NCBI RefSeq assembly: GCF_036321535.1
Contig: NC_087447.1
Location: forward strand, 46,998,001 to 47,062,000
Source: Camelus dromedarius
Lineage: Eukaryota
Direction of reading: 5' to 3'
Length of the DNA: 64,000 nucleotides
This document shows positions 1-12,374 of this stretch, one piece after another (the first letter of the stretch is position 1; each line of letters begins with the position of its first letter). Both the position numbers and the translations under genes were made by a program. The notes beneath the pieces were generated by a model. That model made no database searches, was not told where the DNA came from, and worked only from the letters and a program-made list of their open reading frames with translations.

Positions 1-1300
1 GCAGTTTGGTAAAGAACAAAGATGAAACAATTACTTTTTCTTTTTACCTGATACCTCCAGAATTTGGAAATTCCCAGTAAGTATTCTTATTTTCATGGCA
101 ATATAGTTATTTGCAGAAGTGCAATAAGAATATGTTCTCCTTGTAACAAGATGAAATTGAAAATGTTGATCATATCATAAAGGCTTTGACAGGAATATCA
201 TATTTGAGAGAGACATACCTAGACTCAGGTATGACCAGATTGCTTTAAGGAACTAAAGTTGACTTTATAGTGCCAATAAAGTGCTTTGGAAAATCATCCT
301 GGTACCTTGCTTACAGAGTTTCAGCACCATTACAAGGTCACTTTCTGGCAGGCCTAGGAGCCTCAGGATATTTGGGGGAACCTCAAAAAGAGAGAGAGAA
401 ATTCACCCAAGTCTATTGGTATTGCAGGCAGTCTGATGGCAAATTCTTGGCTTGGCTTCCTAGCCTTGAGAGGCATTTAAAAGTTCAATCTGGAGATTCC
501 TTATGAAAAGTTCCAGCAAAGCAGATGTAAAAGAGCCTATATGATCAATCACTATTCTTGCTGCATTTTTGTAAACAATCAGGCCAAGTTTAATGAGACT
601 AGACTTATTTTGCAGAAAAATTAGTCTTATTTTGATTATCTCTGATAGACATGGGGGTGATTGTAAAGAGGAAAAAAATATTTCAATGGAAAACTATTGT
701 ATATCCTTATGGTCATCAGATTCCAGTCCTATTAATTGTCTTTGGGGTTTTGTCTTCTACCTCTAAACTGGACTGGATTCTGAATTCTTCTTGTTTCCTC
801 CAATATCTAGCTACAACTCTCCAAACTAATGTTTTCAATTTTTCTCCCACTCTTTTGACTTGGAATCATTGAAAACAAAAAACTACCCTTTTCCCAAACC
901 TATGTAGGCTGAAATGGGACAACTTGATATAAACTTCAGAGAGATCACTATGACAGCTCATGTATGGATAATCTCATGACTGTTGCTGTGTGGACCACTA
1001 AGAAAAATCACCAGAGATATTCAAACTGCAAGCCAGGAAAATCTATCAGATTACTATTGTCTGCCCTCACTACATCTGAAGATGCCTGGAGTATGACATC
1101 TAGAAATCTTCTTGACTACTGCCTTCAGCAGCACTCAAGAAACTGGGATTATAATCTCCTCCAGTCATTAACCTTTGTTTTTCTTTCTTTTGTTTCCATA
1201 GAAATGCCTCTTATTAAATACCTGATGCAAACACTAGCACCATGAAGGCTTAACTGGGGGAACCCACCTGCATCACTACCTCCTAAAATGGGGTACAGCT
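1..1300 (+). mobile_element. Degenerate ERV1-class internal (non-coding, AT-rich) sequence
   Basis: Segment ~611-690 (ttagtcttattttgattatctctgatagacatgggggtgattgtaaagag) resembles ~25455-25520 inside the ERV complex. No intact ORF. Boundaries approximate. Confidence 0.45.
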
Positions 1301-1879
1301 ATTTAACTGAACTGACCTATTCTCAGGACTAAAAGACTGGTTTGATGATATATGGAGCAATCTAATCAACTCAGGACAGGTTCAACTCTACTTATACCAG
1401 ATGGCCCAAGAGTTAAAGTATTCCACAATCTTACTAAATCTTTGAACACATTCCCAAGGCCCCTAAGATAACTGATCTATTTCCACGGCTGGACTTTTCA
1501 AGTTTGAGACAATCGTTATGGACTGAATTTCAGACTATTGCCTGTATAATTATTATAGGGTTTGCCACTATAACTCTATTTAAATGTGCAGTTTTGGGGT
1601 TACAATGTACCCTACCCTGACTTTTAGGGAATCAGCTACCCAGGCAGTTAATGTCCTCACCATTGATTCTGATGCATCTGTGTAAACTCTGACAGTTGTT
1701 TTTTTTTTTTTTTTTTTTGCTTCTTTTTTTTGAAACACAAGTGCCTGACTTGAGCTTTGATCGCCGATGCATCCACTTCAAAGATGGTTATTTTGGAGGG
1801 GATGTAGGAGGAAAATTTTTTAAGTTTTTCCTTCCTTCCTTCCTTCTTTCCTTTCTTTCTTAAGAAATATACCAAAGAA

Positions 1880-2210
1880 TCATGCAATGCTTCCAGTGCT
1901 GGATGCAATCCTGGGCCACAAGTCTGCACATTCCTTTGCAATTATCCTGTGATGGCAGAAACTTTCATCTTGCCCTTATTGTTTACTATGATCCCATGTT
2001 ATCTTCAAAATAAAGAAACACTCCATCCTTTCTCTGGTATGACTTTCGTTGTCAAATTATCACTGCTGGATATACCTTCTTCCTGAGCTCTGGTTTACCC
2101 TTCTTTACTGTGGCCATCACCATGTCACCCACACCACAAGCAGGAAGTCTACTGAGTTGTCCCTTGATCCCCTTCACAGAGATGATATAAAGATTTCTGC
2201 CTCCCGTGTT
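1880..2210 (-). pseudogene. RPL23: Processed pseudogene of ribosomal protein L23 (uL14), 5'-truncated
   Basis: Reverse strand translates [104 protein letters not shown], matching the RPL23 C-terminal ~110 aa. Intronless, with an in-frame stop and two frameshifts. Decayed A-rich tail at ~1815-1870. Confidence 0.93.
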
Positions 2211-2300
2211 CAAAGACAGCTATCTAGAATAAACACGTTGCCAGCCACTAGATAAAAAGCCAGGCTGCTTCTCCACATTGAGGCTCTTTTGTTTTAGAGA

Positions 2301-2664
2301 TGTTGGCTGAATATGATAACTGACTGTTTGGGCCACTTGTTTCTATCTCTTCCTATATGTTTTAAATTCATCAATAGAGAGTAAGCCCGAGAAAACCTAG
2401 GCCCCCACATTTGACCCCAATAAAAGCAGAACCCCAGGCTCACAGGCATTCTCTCCCACTCTCTCTTTTTCCCTCTCCCTCTCCCTCTCTCCAAGACCTC
2501 GCTGTGTGGCCCAGGTGTGCTGTGTGATTTCCAGGTCCTGGAAGTAACTAACCTTTATTTTTTCAAAGTTTCCTGATGGTTATTGCTGAAGGGTCTCTTG
2601 CAATTATAAGAATCACAAGGGCCTGTCCAATCACAGCACTGCTTGATAGGCTGAGACCAGCACA
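2301..2664 (+). mobile_element. Probable solo LTR
   Basis: TG...CA ends, internal AATAAA (~2419) and a CT-rich tract. No target-site duplication (TSD) recognised. Confidence 0.4.
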
Positions 2665-3299
2665 AAATACCATCCCCACCCCATACCCACTGGGCTCCAT
2701 TGCTCACTTCACTATGGTCTCTGCTCAAATATCACCTCCCCTTTCCCTTATTTTTCTTCAGAGCACCATCACCAAGTGTCTGTTGGTTTTCTCTCCCCTC
2801 TCTCCCCACTGCTAGAAATGTCAGCTCCATGAGAACAGGGACTTTGATTCACTGAAGTAGCCCCAAAACCTACAACAGCCTAACACATAGTAATCACTCA
2901 ATTACGCTTGAATTGCTTTGTTGAATAAATCCTCACTGCCACCCTCCTGGTGTGAGGCACCACTATCCCAGCCCTGGACTCCTGAAGTAGATTCCTCCGT
3001 AGCCCACCTGGCTCACCCACTACCCACACCCAATCTCTCCTGCACACACCAGTCAGGGGGCATCTTTCAAAGCTGCGAATCGAATTGTATCACCCCTCAG
3101 CTTAAAACTGCAACGCTCAAATGATTCAATAAACTCCTCAAACTGATGAGATTTTGTGGAAATAGTCACTCTTGCTGTTATGAGTGCACATTGGAGGGCA
3201 ATTTGATAATATCTCTCAAAGTTAAAAATGTATGCACCTTTTGACCTAACAATTCCACATCTAGGAATTTATCCCCTAGAAAGATTTTTCTTTTCATTG

Positions 3300-3950
3300 T
3301 TTTATAGTATTTTTTTGTTTTTAAAATTTTGGTAAAATATTTATGACAAAAAAGTTACCATTTCAGCCATATTTATTTGTACATTTCAGCGGCATTAAGT
3401 ACATTCATACTGCTGTGAAACCATCACCATCCACCTACAGAACTTTTTCATCTTCCCAAAGTGAAACTCCATACCCATTCCTCCCTCCCCAAATTCTTGC
3501 CAACTACCATTATAAATCCTGCTTCTAGGAATGTTAGTATTCTATGTACCTCTCACATAAATGGAGCCATACAATATGTGTCCTTTTGTGACTGGCTTAT
3601 TTCACTCAGCGTAATGTCTTCAACTTTCTTCCCTGTTGTAGCAGGTGTCAGAATTTCCTTCCTTTTTAAGGTTGACTTCCATTTTAATATTCCATCGTAT
3701 GTATATACCACATCTTTTTATCCATTCATCTGTTGATGAACCTTTGGGTTGCTTCCATCTTTTCACTATTGTGAAACAGTGCTGCTATGAATATGACTAT
3801 ACAAATATCTATTTGAGTTCCTACTTTTCAATTCTTTTGGGTATAATGCCCAGAAGTAGAACTGCTCAGTCATATGGTAATTCTATATTTAATTTTTTGA
3901 GAAATCACTGAACCACCATACTACTTTCACAGCAGCTGCACCATTTTGAA
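3300..3950 (-). mobile_element. L1 3' end fragment (old L1M type)
   Basis: Antisense L1 3'UTR/ORF2-end motifs (ttttgtgactggcttatttcactcagcgtaatgtc; tcatatggtaattctatatttaattttttgagaaa). Confidence 0.8.
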
Positions 3951-4190
3951 TTCCGATTCCTCTACATAGATTCTTGCATTCAAAGATGGATAGTCAAGGA
4001 CATTCACTACAGCACTGACTCTAACAGTGAAATAGTAGAAGCCACTTACAACCGATCAAGTTATTTAAGTTAATAGAATCACTTAGCTCTATATACACTG
4101 ATAAGCAACCATCTCTAGCACACCCTGTTAAATGAAGAAAGCAAAGTACAAGGGAATTAGGGAGTAACCTTACTCCTGGGGACTGGCACC

Positions 4191-4850
4191 ATGGCATCCT
4201 GCTGCAAGACTGACCCATCCACTCTCCACACTAGCCTGGTCTCCCTAGAGGCTGAGTGGACCTAGATGCTGAACTCAGAGCTGACCGTCTGTTCTTGGAT
4301 GTGATGAACAGGCATTTTGTTCCTGCCATCAACTTTGGTCACCTGCAATAGACAGCCTTTGAGAGCAGCCATGCATGCTGTGGGCTCCAGGTCAAAGCAA
4401 AAGGTAAAAAAAACCCAATGGCTATAGCTGTAGGTGTCACAAATCAATGTGCCTTTCATCTAGAGGCTGCTGAGAACCAAGGACATTGATTAAAGACATT
4501 CAAGAGAAGTGGATGAAGGTTGGTCTTGGCATTCACCAGGAACTACAGTAGATTATTTAGCACCACTGGCCAATCAGCCAGACCTGGCCTTGGCCATGAT
4601 CATGGAAGCTGGGAATGGAGGGTGTAAATTTCAAGGTGACATGATTCTACAAGTTCACTGACTGAGGCCACATCACCCTCTCTTTGGACCCTGTGGGTGG
4701 GTTAGGTCTTACCATTATTTATAAATGTTCAGAGATGGGAGTGACATGACTTGGTTACTGGAATAATTATGGTGGGTGAAGACTTCAGATCTGTGATCAA
4801 CTCCCGTAGAAAATTTGCTCGGAAACATTGTCAGAATTGAAGAAGCCTTG
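4191..4850 (+). pseudogene. RPE: Processed pseudogene of ribulose-5-phosphate 3-epimerase, copy 1
   Basis: ATG at 4191 gives MASCCKTDPSTL..LEAEWT*MLNS../ADRLFLDVMNRHFVPAINFGH..KNPMAIAVGVTNQCAFHLEAAENQG..EDFRSVIN, aligning with RPE (MASGCKIGPSIL..ADYLHLDVMDGHFVPNITFGH..KPMAVAGANQYTFHLEATENPG..EDPRSVIN). Intronless, many stops and frameshifts. 3' end approximate. Confidence 0.9.
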
Positions 4851-5219
4851 AGAAGCCAGTATTGTTTATGAAATCTTTTCACTGTCTCGCAAGGACAAAT
4901 CAGAAAGTGCTTGACGCAGTGCTGATTTCTTGATTAATTCTTTAGTCCACTGTCTTAAAAGTGTTGTGTAAAATATTTAACGAGGATAGACAGAAATGTG
5001 AATATCGTAACTATTAACTTTTGCAACTAGCTTGATTTAAAGATTAGTGTGATAATTTGTTTTCCCTCAGAATCTTATTTTAGTAAGAATAGCTACTACG
5101 TGGCTCTATTAGGTTATAAGCCAAATTGTTTCTGAGCACCCCCCCACCAAAAGGCAATACTAACTATCATGGAGTTACTACTTAGCTATTGCTGCATAAC
5201 AAACCGTCTCATAGCTGTG

Positions 5220-5890
5220 TGGTTTATTGTTGCAGGCAAGATGAGATACTAAAAGAAGTGGATGAAACTATAATGAGGATATTTGCATAGTGTCAAAGTA
5301 TTTTCCCACCAAATACGGATTACTCACCAAGGGAAACCACTTTATCCAAATGATTACCAGCAATAGGACATCATGGACAACACCACGTACCCCTTGATAT
5401 CATGCACTGAGAACGAGACACTATTTCTCTGATTTTCTTGCCAGAAATACATAATCTGAATCTAATTATGAGAAAAGATCAGACAAATCTAAATTGAGGG
5501 ACGTTCTACAAAATAACTGACCAGTACTCTTCAAAAAGTGTTAGTCATAAAAAAAAAGTGTCAGTCAAAAAGACAAAGACAGTTTGAAGAACTGTCATAG
5601 ATTGCAGGAGATTAAGGAGACACCACAATTAAATGCAATCTGGATTCGCACATTAGATCCTGGACCAGAGAAAGGACAGCAGTGCGGAAACTGACAACGA
5701 TGGAATAAGGTTTATAGATTAGTTAATAGTGCTGCATCAACGCCAATTTCCTGTTTTCTTATAATTTTGCTTTGGTTACATAAAGTGCCAAGTTAGGGGG
5801 AAATTCGGTGAAAAGCATACGGGAACTCTACTAGTTCTGCAATTATTTTGCAAGTCAAAGATTATTCTGAAATACAAAGTTTAAAAAATT
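5220..5890 (+). mobile_element. Old L1 (L1MC/MD-like) 3'UTR fragment; duplicated at ~7900-8570
   Basis: Motifs cataatctgaatctaattatgagaaaagatcagacaaatctaaattgaggga and gggaactctactagttctgcaattattttgcaagtc, typical of old L1 3'UTRs. Confidence 0.65.
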
Positions 5891-6870
5891 ACATAAATAT
5901 AGTGGTTTAAAACAATGCCTATTTTAAAACATTTCAAGATTTTGTGAATCAGGAATTTGGGCAAGACTCAGCAGGTTAATCCTCCTGCTCCATGTTGCAG
6001 TGACTGGGTCCCTTAGTGACATTCAGCTTGTGTCTGGGCTGGTCCTGAGCATCCAAAATGGTTTTACTCATGTGCTTGGCACTTGGGCAGGGATTGCGGG
6101 AAGGCTGGCCTCAACTGGGGCCCCCTCCTCTCTCTGTAGTCCCTGGGCTTCTCAATATGGTCTCTCCTGCAGGGTAGTCTGTCTTCTTACACAGTGGCTC
6201 AGGGATCTAAGAGCTAGTATTCCAAGGCACAGGACGTAGAAACTGCCAATCCCTGTCTTGGTCAGTTTGGGCTGCTATAGCAGAATACCATAGACTGGTA
6301 TTCTATTAAACAACAGAAACTGATTTCTCATAGTTCTTACCACAGAGGAGAACAAACCTGACTCCACACCGGATCTACTCCTTTGGCTCTAACCCTTGAG
6401 CTCTGTTGCCTGTGCTTAGTTATGCTGACTTTGCACGTTTGTCTTGTCAATCAGTAAAAGAATGTTGCCTATAACCTGAAATATACAGGATAGTCCATTC
6501 TTTAAAGGTAGAACATTTTTAGAGATTAAAAAGTTGTAGAACTGCTCAGTCATATGGTAATTCTATATTTAATTTTTTGAGAAATCACTGAACCACCATA
6601 CTACTTTCACAGCAGCTGCACCATTTTGAATTCCGATTCCTCTACATAGATTCTTGCATTCAAAGATGGATAGTCAAGGACATTCACTACAGCACTGACT
6701 CTAACAGTGAAATAGTAGAAGCCACTTACAACCGATCAAGTTATTTAAGTTAATAGAATCACTTAGCTCTATATACACTGATAAGCAACCATCTCTAGCA
6801 CACCCTGTTAAATGAAGAAAGCAAAGTACAAGGGAATTAGGGAGTAACCTTACTCCTGGGGACTGGCACC

Positions 6871-7530
6871 ATGGCATCCTGCTGCAAGACTGACCCATCC
6901 ACTCTCCACACTAGCCTGGTCTCCCTAGAGGCTGAGTGGACCTAGATGCTGAACTCAGAGCTGACCGTCTGTTCTTGGATGTGATGAACAGGCATTTTGT
7001 TCCTGCCATCAACTTTGGTCACCTGCAATAGACAGCCTTTGAGAGCAGCCATGCATGCTGTGGGCTCCAGGTCAAAGCAAAAGGTAAAAAAAACCCAATG
7101 GCTATAGCTGTAGGTGTCACAAATCAATGTGCCTTTCATCTAGAGGCTGCTGAGAGCCAAGGACATTGATTAAAGACATTCAAGAGAAGTGGATGAAGGT
7201 TGGTCTTGGCATTCACCAGGAACTACAGTAGATTATTTAGCACCACTGGCCAATCAGCCAGACCTGGCCTTGGCCATGATCATGGAAGCTGGGAATGGAG
7301 GGTGTAAATTTCAAGGTGACATGATTCTACAAGTTCACTGACTGAGGCCACATCACCCTCTCTTTGGACCCTGTGGGTGGGTTAGGTCTTACCATTATTT
7401 ATAAATGTTCAGAGATGGGAGTGACATGACTTGGTTACTGGAATAATTATGGTGGGTGAAGACTTCAGATCTGTGATCAACTCCCGTAGAAAATTTGCTC
7501 GGAAACATTGTCAGAATTGAAGAAGCCTTG
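6871..7530 (+). pseudogene. RPE: Processed pseudogene of ribulose-5-phosphate 3-epimerase, copy 2
   Basis: Near-identical duplicate of 4191-4850 at offset 2680. Confidence 0.9.
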
Positions 7531-8580
7531 AGAAGCCAGTATTGTTTATGAAATCTTTTCACTGTCTCGCAAGGACAAATCAGAAAGTGCTTGACGCAGT
7601 GCTGATTTCTTGATTAATTCTTTAGTCCACTGTCTTAAAAGTGTTGTGTAAAATATTTAACGAGGATAGACAGAAATGTGAATATCATAACTATTAACTT
7701 TTGCAACTAGCTTGATTTAAAGATTAGTGTGATAATTTGTTTTCCCTCAGAATCTTATTTTAGTAAGAATAGCTACTACGTGGCTCTATTAGGTTATAAG
7801 CCAAATTGTTTCTGAGCACCCCCCCACCAAAAGGCAATACTAACTATCATGGAGTTACTACTTAGCTATTGCTGCATAACAAACCGTCTCATAGCTGTGT
7901 GGTTTATTGTTGCAGGCAAGATGAGATACTAAAAGAAGTGGATGAAACTATAATGAGGATATTTGCATAGTGTCAAAGTATTTTCCCACCAAATACGGAT
8001 TACTCACCAAGGGAAACCACTTTATCCAAATGATTACCAGCAATAGGACATCATGGACAACACCACGTACCCCTTGATATCATGCACTGAGAACGAGACA
8101 CTATTTCTCTGATTTTCTTGCCAGAAATACATAATCTGAATCTAATTATGAGAAAAGATCAGACAAATCTAAATTGAGGGACGTTCTACAAAATAACTGA
8201 CCAGTACTCTTCAAAAAGTGTTAGTCATAAAAAAAAAGTGTCAGTCAAAAAGACAAAGACAGTTTGAAGAACTGTCATAGATTGCAGGAGATTTAGGAGA
8301 CACCACAATTAAATGCAATCTGGATTCACACATTAGATCCTGGACCAGAGAAAGGACAGCAGTGCGGAAACTGACAACGATGGAATAAGGTTTATAGATT
8401 AGTTAATAGTGCTGCATCAATGCCAATTTCCTGTTTTCTTATAATTGTACTTTTGTTACATAATTGTACTTTGGTTAGGGGGAAATTGGGTTAAAAGCTT
8501 ACGGGAACTCTACTAGTTCTGCAATTTTTTTGCAAGTCAAAGATTATTCTGAAATACAAAGTTTGAAAAATCACGTAAAA

Positions 8581-8905
8581 GCTGCCAAGGTTGGGGGAAA
8601 TGAGGAAATGTCAGTCCAAGTGTACAAACTTTCAGTTACAAGATGAATAAGGTAGGGATCTACTGTACAGTAGGGTGATTATATTTAATGTTACTGTACT
8701 ATATATTCAAAAGTTGCTAAGAGAGTAGATCTTAGATGTTCTTACCACAGAAAAGAAATGCTAATTATGTGAGTTGATGAAGTTGTTGACTAACTCTGTT
8801 GTGGTAATCGTTTCAAAATATATAAGCGCATCAAATCATCATGCTGTACACCTTAAATTTATGCAGTATACATCTATTACATCTCAATAAAGTTGGAAAA
8901 AGCAA
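8581..8905 (+). mobile_element. L1 3' end (L1MA-like) present only in duplication copy 2
   Basis: gtacaaactttcagttacaagatgaataag...catcatgctgtacaccttaaat...ctcaataaagttggaaaaa. Flanked by the near-direct repeat aaaaatcac(g/a)taaa. Confidence 0.8.
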
Positions 8906-9274
8906 AAAATCACATAAACATAGTGGCTTAAAACAATATCTATTTTATAATATTTCAAGATTTTGTGAATCAGGAATTTGGGCAAGACTCAGCAGGTTAA
9001 TCCTCCTGCTCCATGTTGCAGTGACTGGGTCCCTTAGTGACATTCAGCTTGTGTCTGGGCTGGTCCTGAGCATCCAAAATGGTTTTACTCATGTGCTTGG
9101 CACTTGGGCAGGGATTGCGGGAAGGCTGGCCTCAACTGGGGCCCCCTCCTCTCTCTGTAGTCCCTGGGCTTCTCAATATGGTCTCTCCTGCAGGGTAGTC
9201 TGTCTTCTTACACAGTGGCTCAGGGATCTAAGAGCTAGTATTCCAAGGCACAGGACGTAGAAACTGCCAATCCC

Positions 9275-10147
9275 TGTCTTGGTCAGTTTGGGCTGCTATA
9301 GCAGAATACCATAGACTGGTATTCTATTAAACAACAGAAACTGATTTCTCATAGTTCTTACCACAGAGGAGAACAAACCTGACTCCACACCGGATCTACT
9401 CCTTTGGCTCTAACCCTTGAGCTCTGTTGCCTGTGCTTAGTTATGCTGACTTTGCACGTTTGTCTTGTCAATCAGTAAAAGAATGCTGCCTATAACCTGA
9501 AATACACAGCATAGTCCATTCTCAAGGCTCTGATCTTTAAAGGTAGAACACTTTTAGAGATAAAAAGTTGCAGAACAGAAAAGAACAATTATCTTGTTGG
9601 AGGTTTATAGGAACATTGTAAGCCGACCTTGGATAGCTGCAAGAACAAAAGATTGCTGCACCAAGAAGCCCCAATCCCTTTTAGTATAAAAGAAACCTGA
9701 ATTTTAACCCAGATAAGATGGTTCTTTGGGATACTAGTCTACCATCTTCTCAGTCTGCTGACTTCCCAAATAAAGTCACTGTTCCTTGCCCCAACAACTC
9801 ATCTCTCAATTTTTTGTCCTGTCATGGGGCAAGCAGTATGAGCTTGGATTTAGTAACATTCTGAATGCTGGGAGCCCAAGATTAGGGTACCAGCATGGTC
9901 AGTTCTGGTGAGGGCTGTCTTCTGGGTTGCTGCCAACTTTTTGATGTATCCAGACATGGCGGAGAGCAGAGAGAGGAGGCAAGCTCTTTTATGATTCTTA
10001 TAAAGACATTAATCCTATCTAATCCTAATCACCATATCCTCTAAGCCTAATCACCTCCCCAAGGCCCTTCCTCCTAATACCATTACATGAGAAACATTAG
10101 GTTCAAAAGATGAATTTTGGACAGACACAAACATTCAGTCCATAACA
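9275..10147 (+). mobile_element. MaLR (MLT1-type) LTR, split by an ERV LTR and itself nested in an older MLT1-like element (~8915-10300)
   Basis: tgtcttggtcagtttgggctgctatagcagaataccatagactgg...aaacaacagaaa...ttctggtgagggc...aacattcagtccataaca. Confidence 0.75.
9359..9858 (+). mobile_element. ERV1-type solo LTR (5' part also present, truncated, at ~6338-6540)
   Basis: Ends in agtaaca. TATA-like tagtataaaa and AATAAA present. 4-bp TSD ttct at 9355-9358 and 9859-9862. Confidence 0.8.
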
Positions 10148-11809
10148 GTTCCTAAAGACTTGGAGCTAGAAACTGGCAGAGTTACTTTCACCATATTCTG
10201 TTGGTCAGAGCAGTCACAGAGCCTGTCTACATTCAAGGGGATGGGACACAGACATCACTTCTCGATGGTCAAAGAATTTCTTTCTTTTTTTAATCCATCA
10301 TACATGGGAAAGAAATTAGATTAATCATAACCCTTGGTTCTTGACATACTCTCATTATTGATCCAGGCATGAACTGCCTTTCTACCTTTATTTGTTTGTG
10401 TATTTGCTTACCTCTTTTCAAAAAGTCAAAGGAAAGCTTATGTTTTTTTCTTTTTGTGTCATTTATGAATTTGTATACCTTTTTTGATAATATGACTAGG
10501 AAGAAATTCTGATGAAAAATCTAAGCTTGTCTCTAGTTAGAATGGGGTGAAATAATACTCATTTCTAAAATATCATATTTCCTTTGTTTTCATTATTTGG
10601 CAAAACTTAGGAGAACTAAAAAAAGACCTAGATAGTCTAAGACGCTTCCAGAGAGAGCAGATCTAAAGGCTCTTCTAAAAAGTAAACATAGGCTGTGGTT
10701 TTTCAGCTAAATTTCTGGCAGGTAAGATAGAAAAATAAAACCATTTTTTTTTATGAGTTTAGTCTATAATTAAATTTATTTTATTTAAATGCTTTGATTT
10801 TAATGGCTTTAAGAATTAACAAAGATGGTTATAAAAATAACTACAGTGGAGTAAGCCTCCAGAATCTTATAAACCCACTTCTATTTATGCTGATGTGGCA
10901 AAAATACATATATACACACACACATACATGCTTCCTCACAGTTCACACACAGAATGAAGAAACTTAGAGGTTAATTATAGAAAAATAAAACCTTTAATCT
11001 GGAGATGATATTGCCATGAAAAAGCATGAGCTTTGCTGTTACACTGAGCTGGGCTGAATCTGGACTCCTCTACATTCTAACTGTTTGGGAATTCAGCTAA
11101 CTCCCAGAGCCTCAGCTTCCTCATCATATGTTAAGAATAATGTCAACCCTGCAGGGTGTAGTGAGGATTACAAGACACAACAATGTAAGTAAAGCATCCG
11201 TTATTCTAGTTGGTATAAAGTAGTTCCCAATATGACTACTAGTGTGATTATGTACCTTAATGTTTGGTAGGCTACAAATAATACTTTCATATACACCTAC
11301 TCCTAAGAGAAAGAAGACAGATAGATACATGCCTTTATTTAGAAAGTGAAGATTCTAAGACCAGGAACATACTGAAGGTCACAGGCAGGTACAATGGAAG
11401 GAGGGCAGGGGACTGCCAACTATGGTCAGGCAACTGCCAACTATGGTCAGGCGCTAAGCACTGATGGCACCCTGGGCTGGCGGATGGGGCAAGGTGAGCA
11501 CCTCATAACCAGACATTGACCCTGTCACATTAGACTTATTTGGGGCAAGACCATATGCTGAGAACAGACTGAAACCACAGACCCTGCCCCTCTCCCTCGA
11601 GAAGCATTCTACTAGCTGAGTAAGTGATGACAAGATTTGGAGGTTTTCCCAAAATCCTAACAGGAAATCATTTTAAAAAACAAGAGAAGTACCATTTGTC
11701 TTCCTAGATCAGTAGCAATTTTAATGCCTGCAATAATGTTGGAGAAATAAAGACAAGGATCAAGCACTTTTAACTTGCAAAAGTGAACTTTTCCTTCTTA
11801 AATCTTTTT

Positions 11810-11997
11810 AAAAAAATATTTATTTTTAATTTTTATTTTATTTAGTTATTTATTAATGGATGGAGATCATTAGGTCTATTTATTTATTTATTTGTTTGTT
11901 TGTTTGTTTTATTTTGTTTTTTGATAGAGGTACTGGGGATTAACCCAGACCTAGTTGCTAGGCATGCGCTCTACCACCTGAGTTGTACCTTCTCCCC
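11810..11997 (-). mobile_element. tRNA-derived SINE (camelid Vic-1-like)
   Basis: gaggtactggggattaacccagacc..atgcgctctaccacctgagttgtaccttctcccc plus an AT-rich tail. Flanking near-repeat cttaa(a/c)tcttttt. Confidence 0.75.
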
Positions 11998-12120
11998 CTT
12001 AACTCTTTTTTACAATGGTTAATGAAAGTTTTCTGTTGTTGCTGTTGTTGTTGCTGTTTTTGCCACAGAGAACATTTGAATTAATTTCAGACTGTACAAG
12101 GCATAAAGAAGTAACTTGTA

Positions 12121-12374
12121 CCCACAAGCACCATGACAGTTCCAAGGCTAACTACAAAAGGTCAAAGTGGGCGATGGCCCAGGTCCTGGGAATCCCAGTC
12201 CCTTCCCCAGGGTAGTTGGAAAGGTCCTCCCACTTATTAGCTCTACTTTTACTTTAACCTGAGCACCCAACCCTCACACCTCGTGGCCTTTCTCTTGCCT
12301 TCTGAAACAGCCTAGACTCTATACAGTATGTATCTCTCTAAATAAGTCTACCTTTACTCAAAAAAAAAAAAAAA
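12121..12374 (+). mobile_element. Retroposed (L1-mediated) polyadenylated copy of an ERV LTR U3-R segment
   Basis: Matches the reverse complement of 27491-27807 (with an internal deletion). Ends aaataagtctacctttactc followed by A15. Direct repeat aagtaacttgta at 12109-12120 and 12373-12384. Confidence 0.85.

Larger units (their letters stand above)
3861..9574 (+). repeat. Tandem segmental duplication: copy 1 3861-6540, copy 2 6541-9574 (offset 2680 bp; copy 2 carries an extra ~340 bp L1 piece)
   Basis: Sequence from 3861 (actgctcagtcatatggt) recurs at 6541. Identical ORFs 4021-4218/6701-6898 and 4262-4459/6942-7139. Junction microhomology tagaac. Confidence 0.97.

Noticed and set aside
8841..9260. 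139-aa ORF (and its 79-aa twin at 6000-6239) as a duplicated gene
   Set aside because: Spans L1 and MaLR repeat sequence; the identity reflects the tandem duplication only.
11413..11452. Twice-repeated actgccaactatggtcaggc (CRISPR-like or regulatory array)
   Set aside because: Only two adjacent units with no spacer; a simple local tandem duplication.
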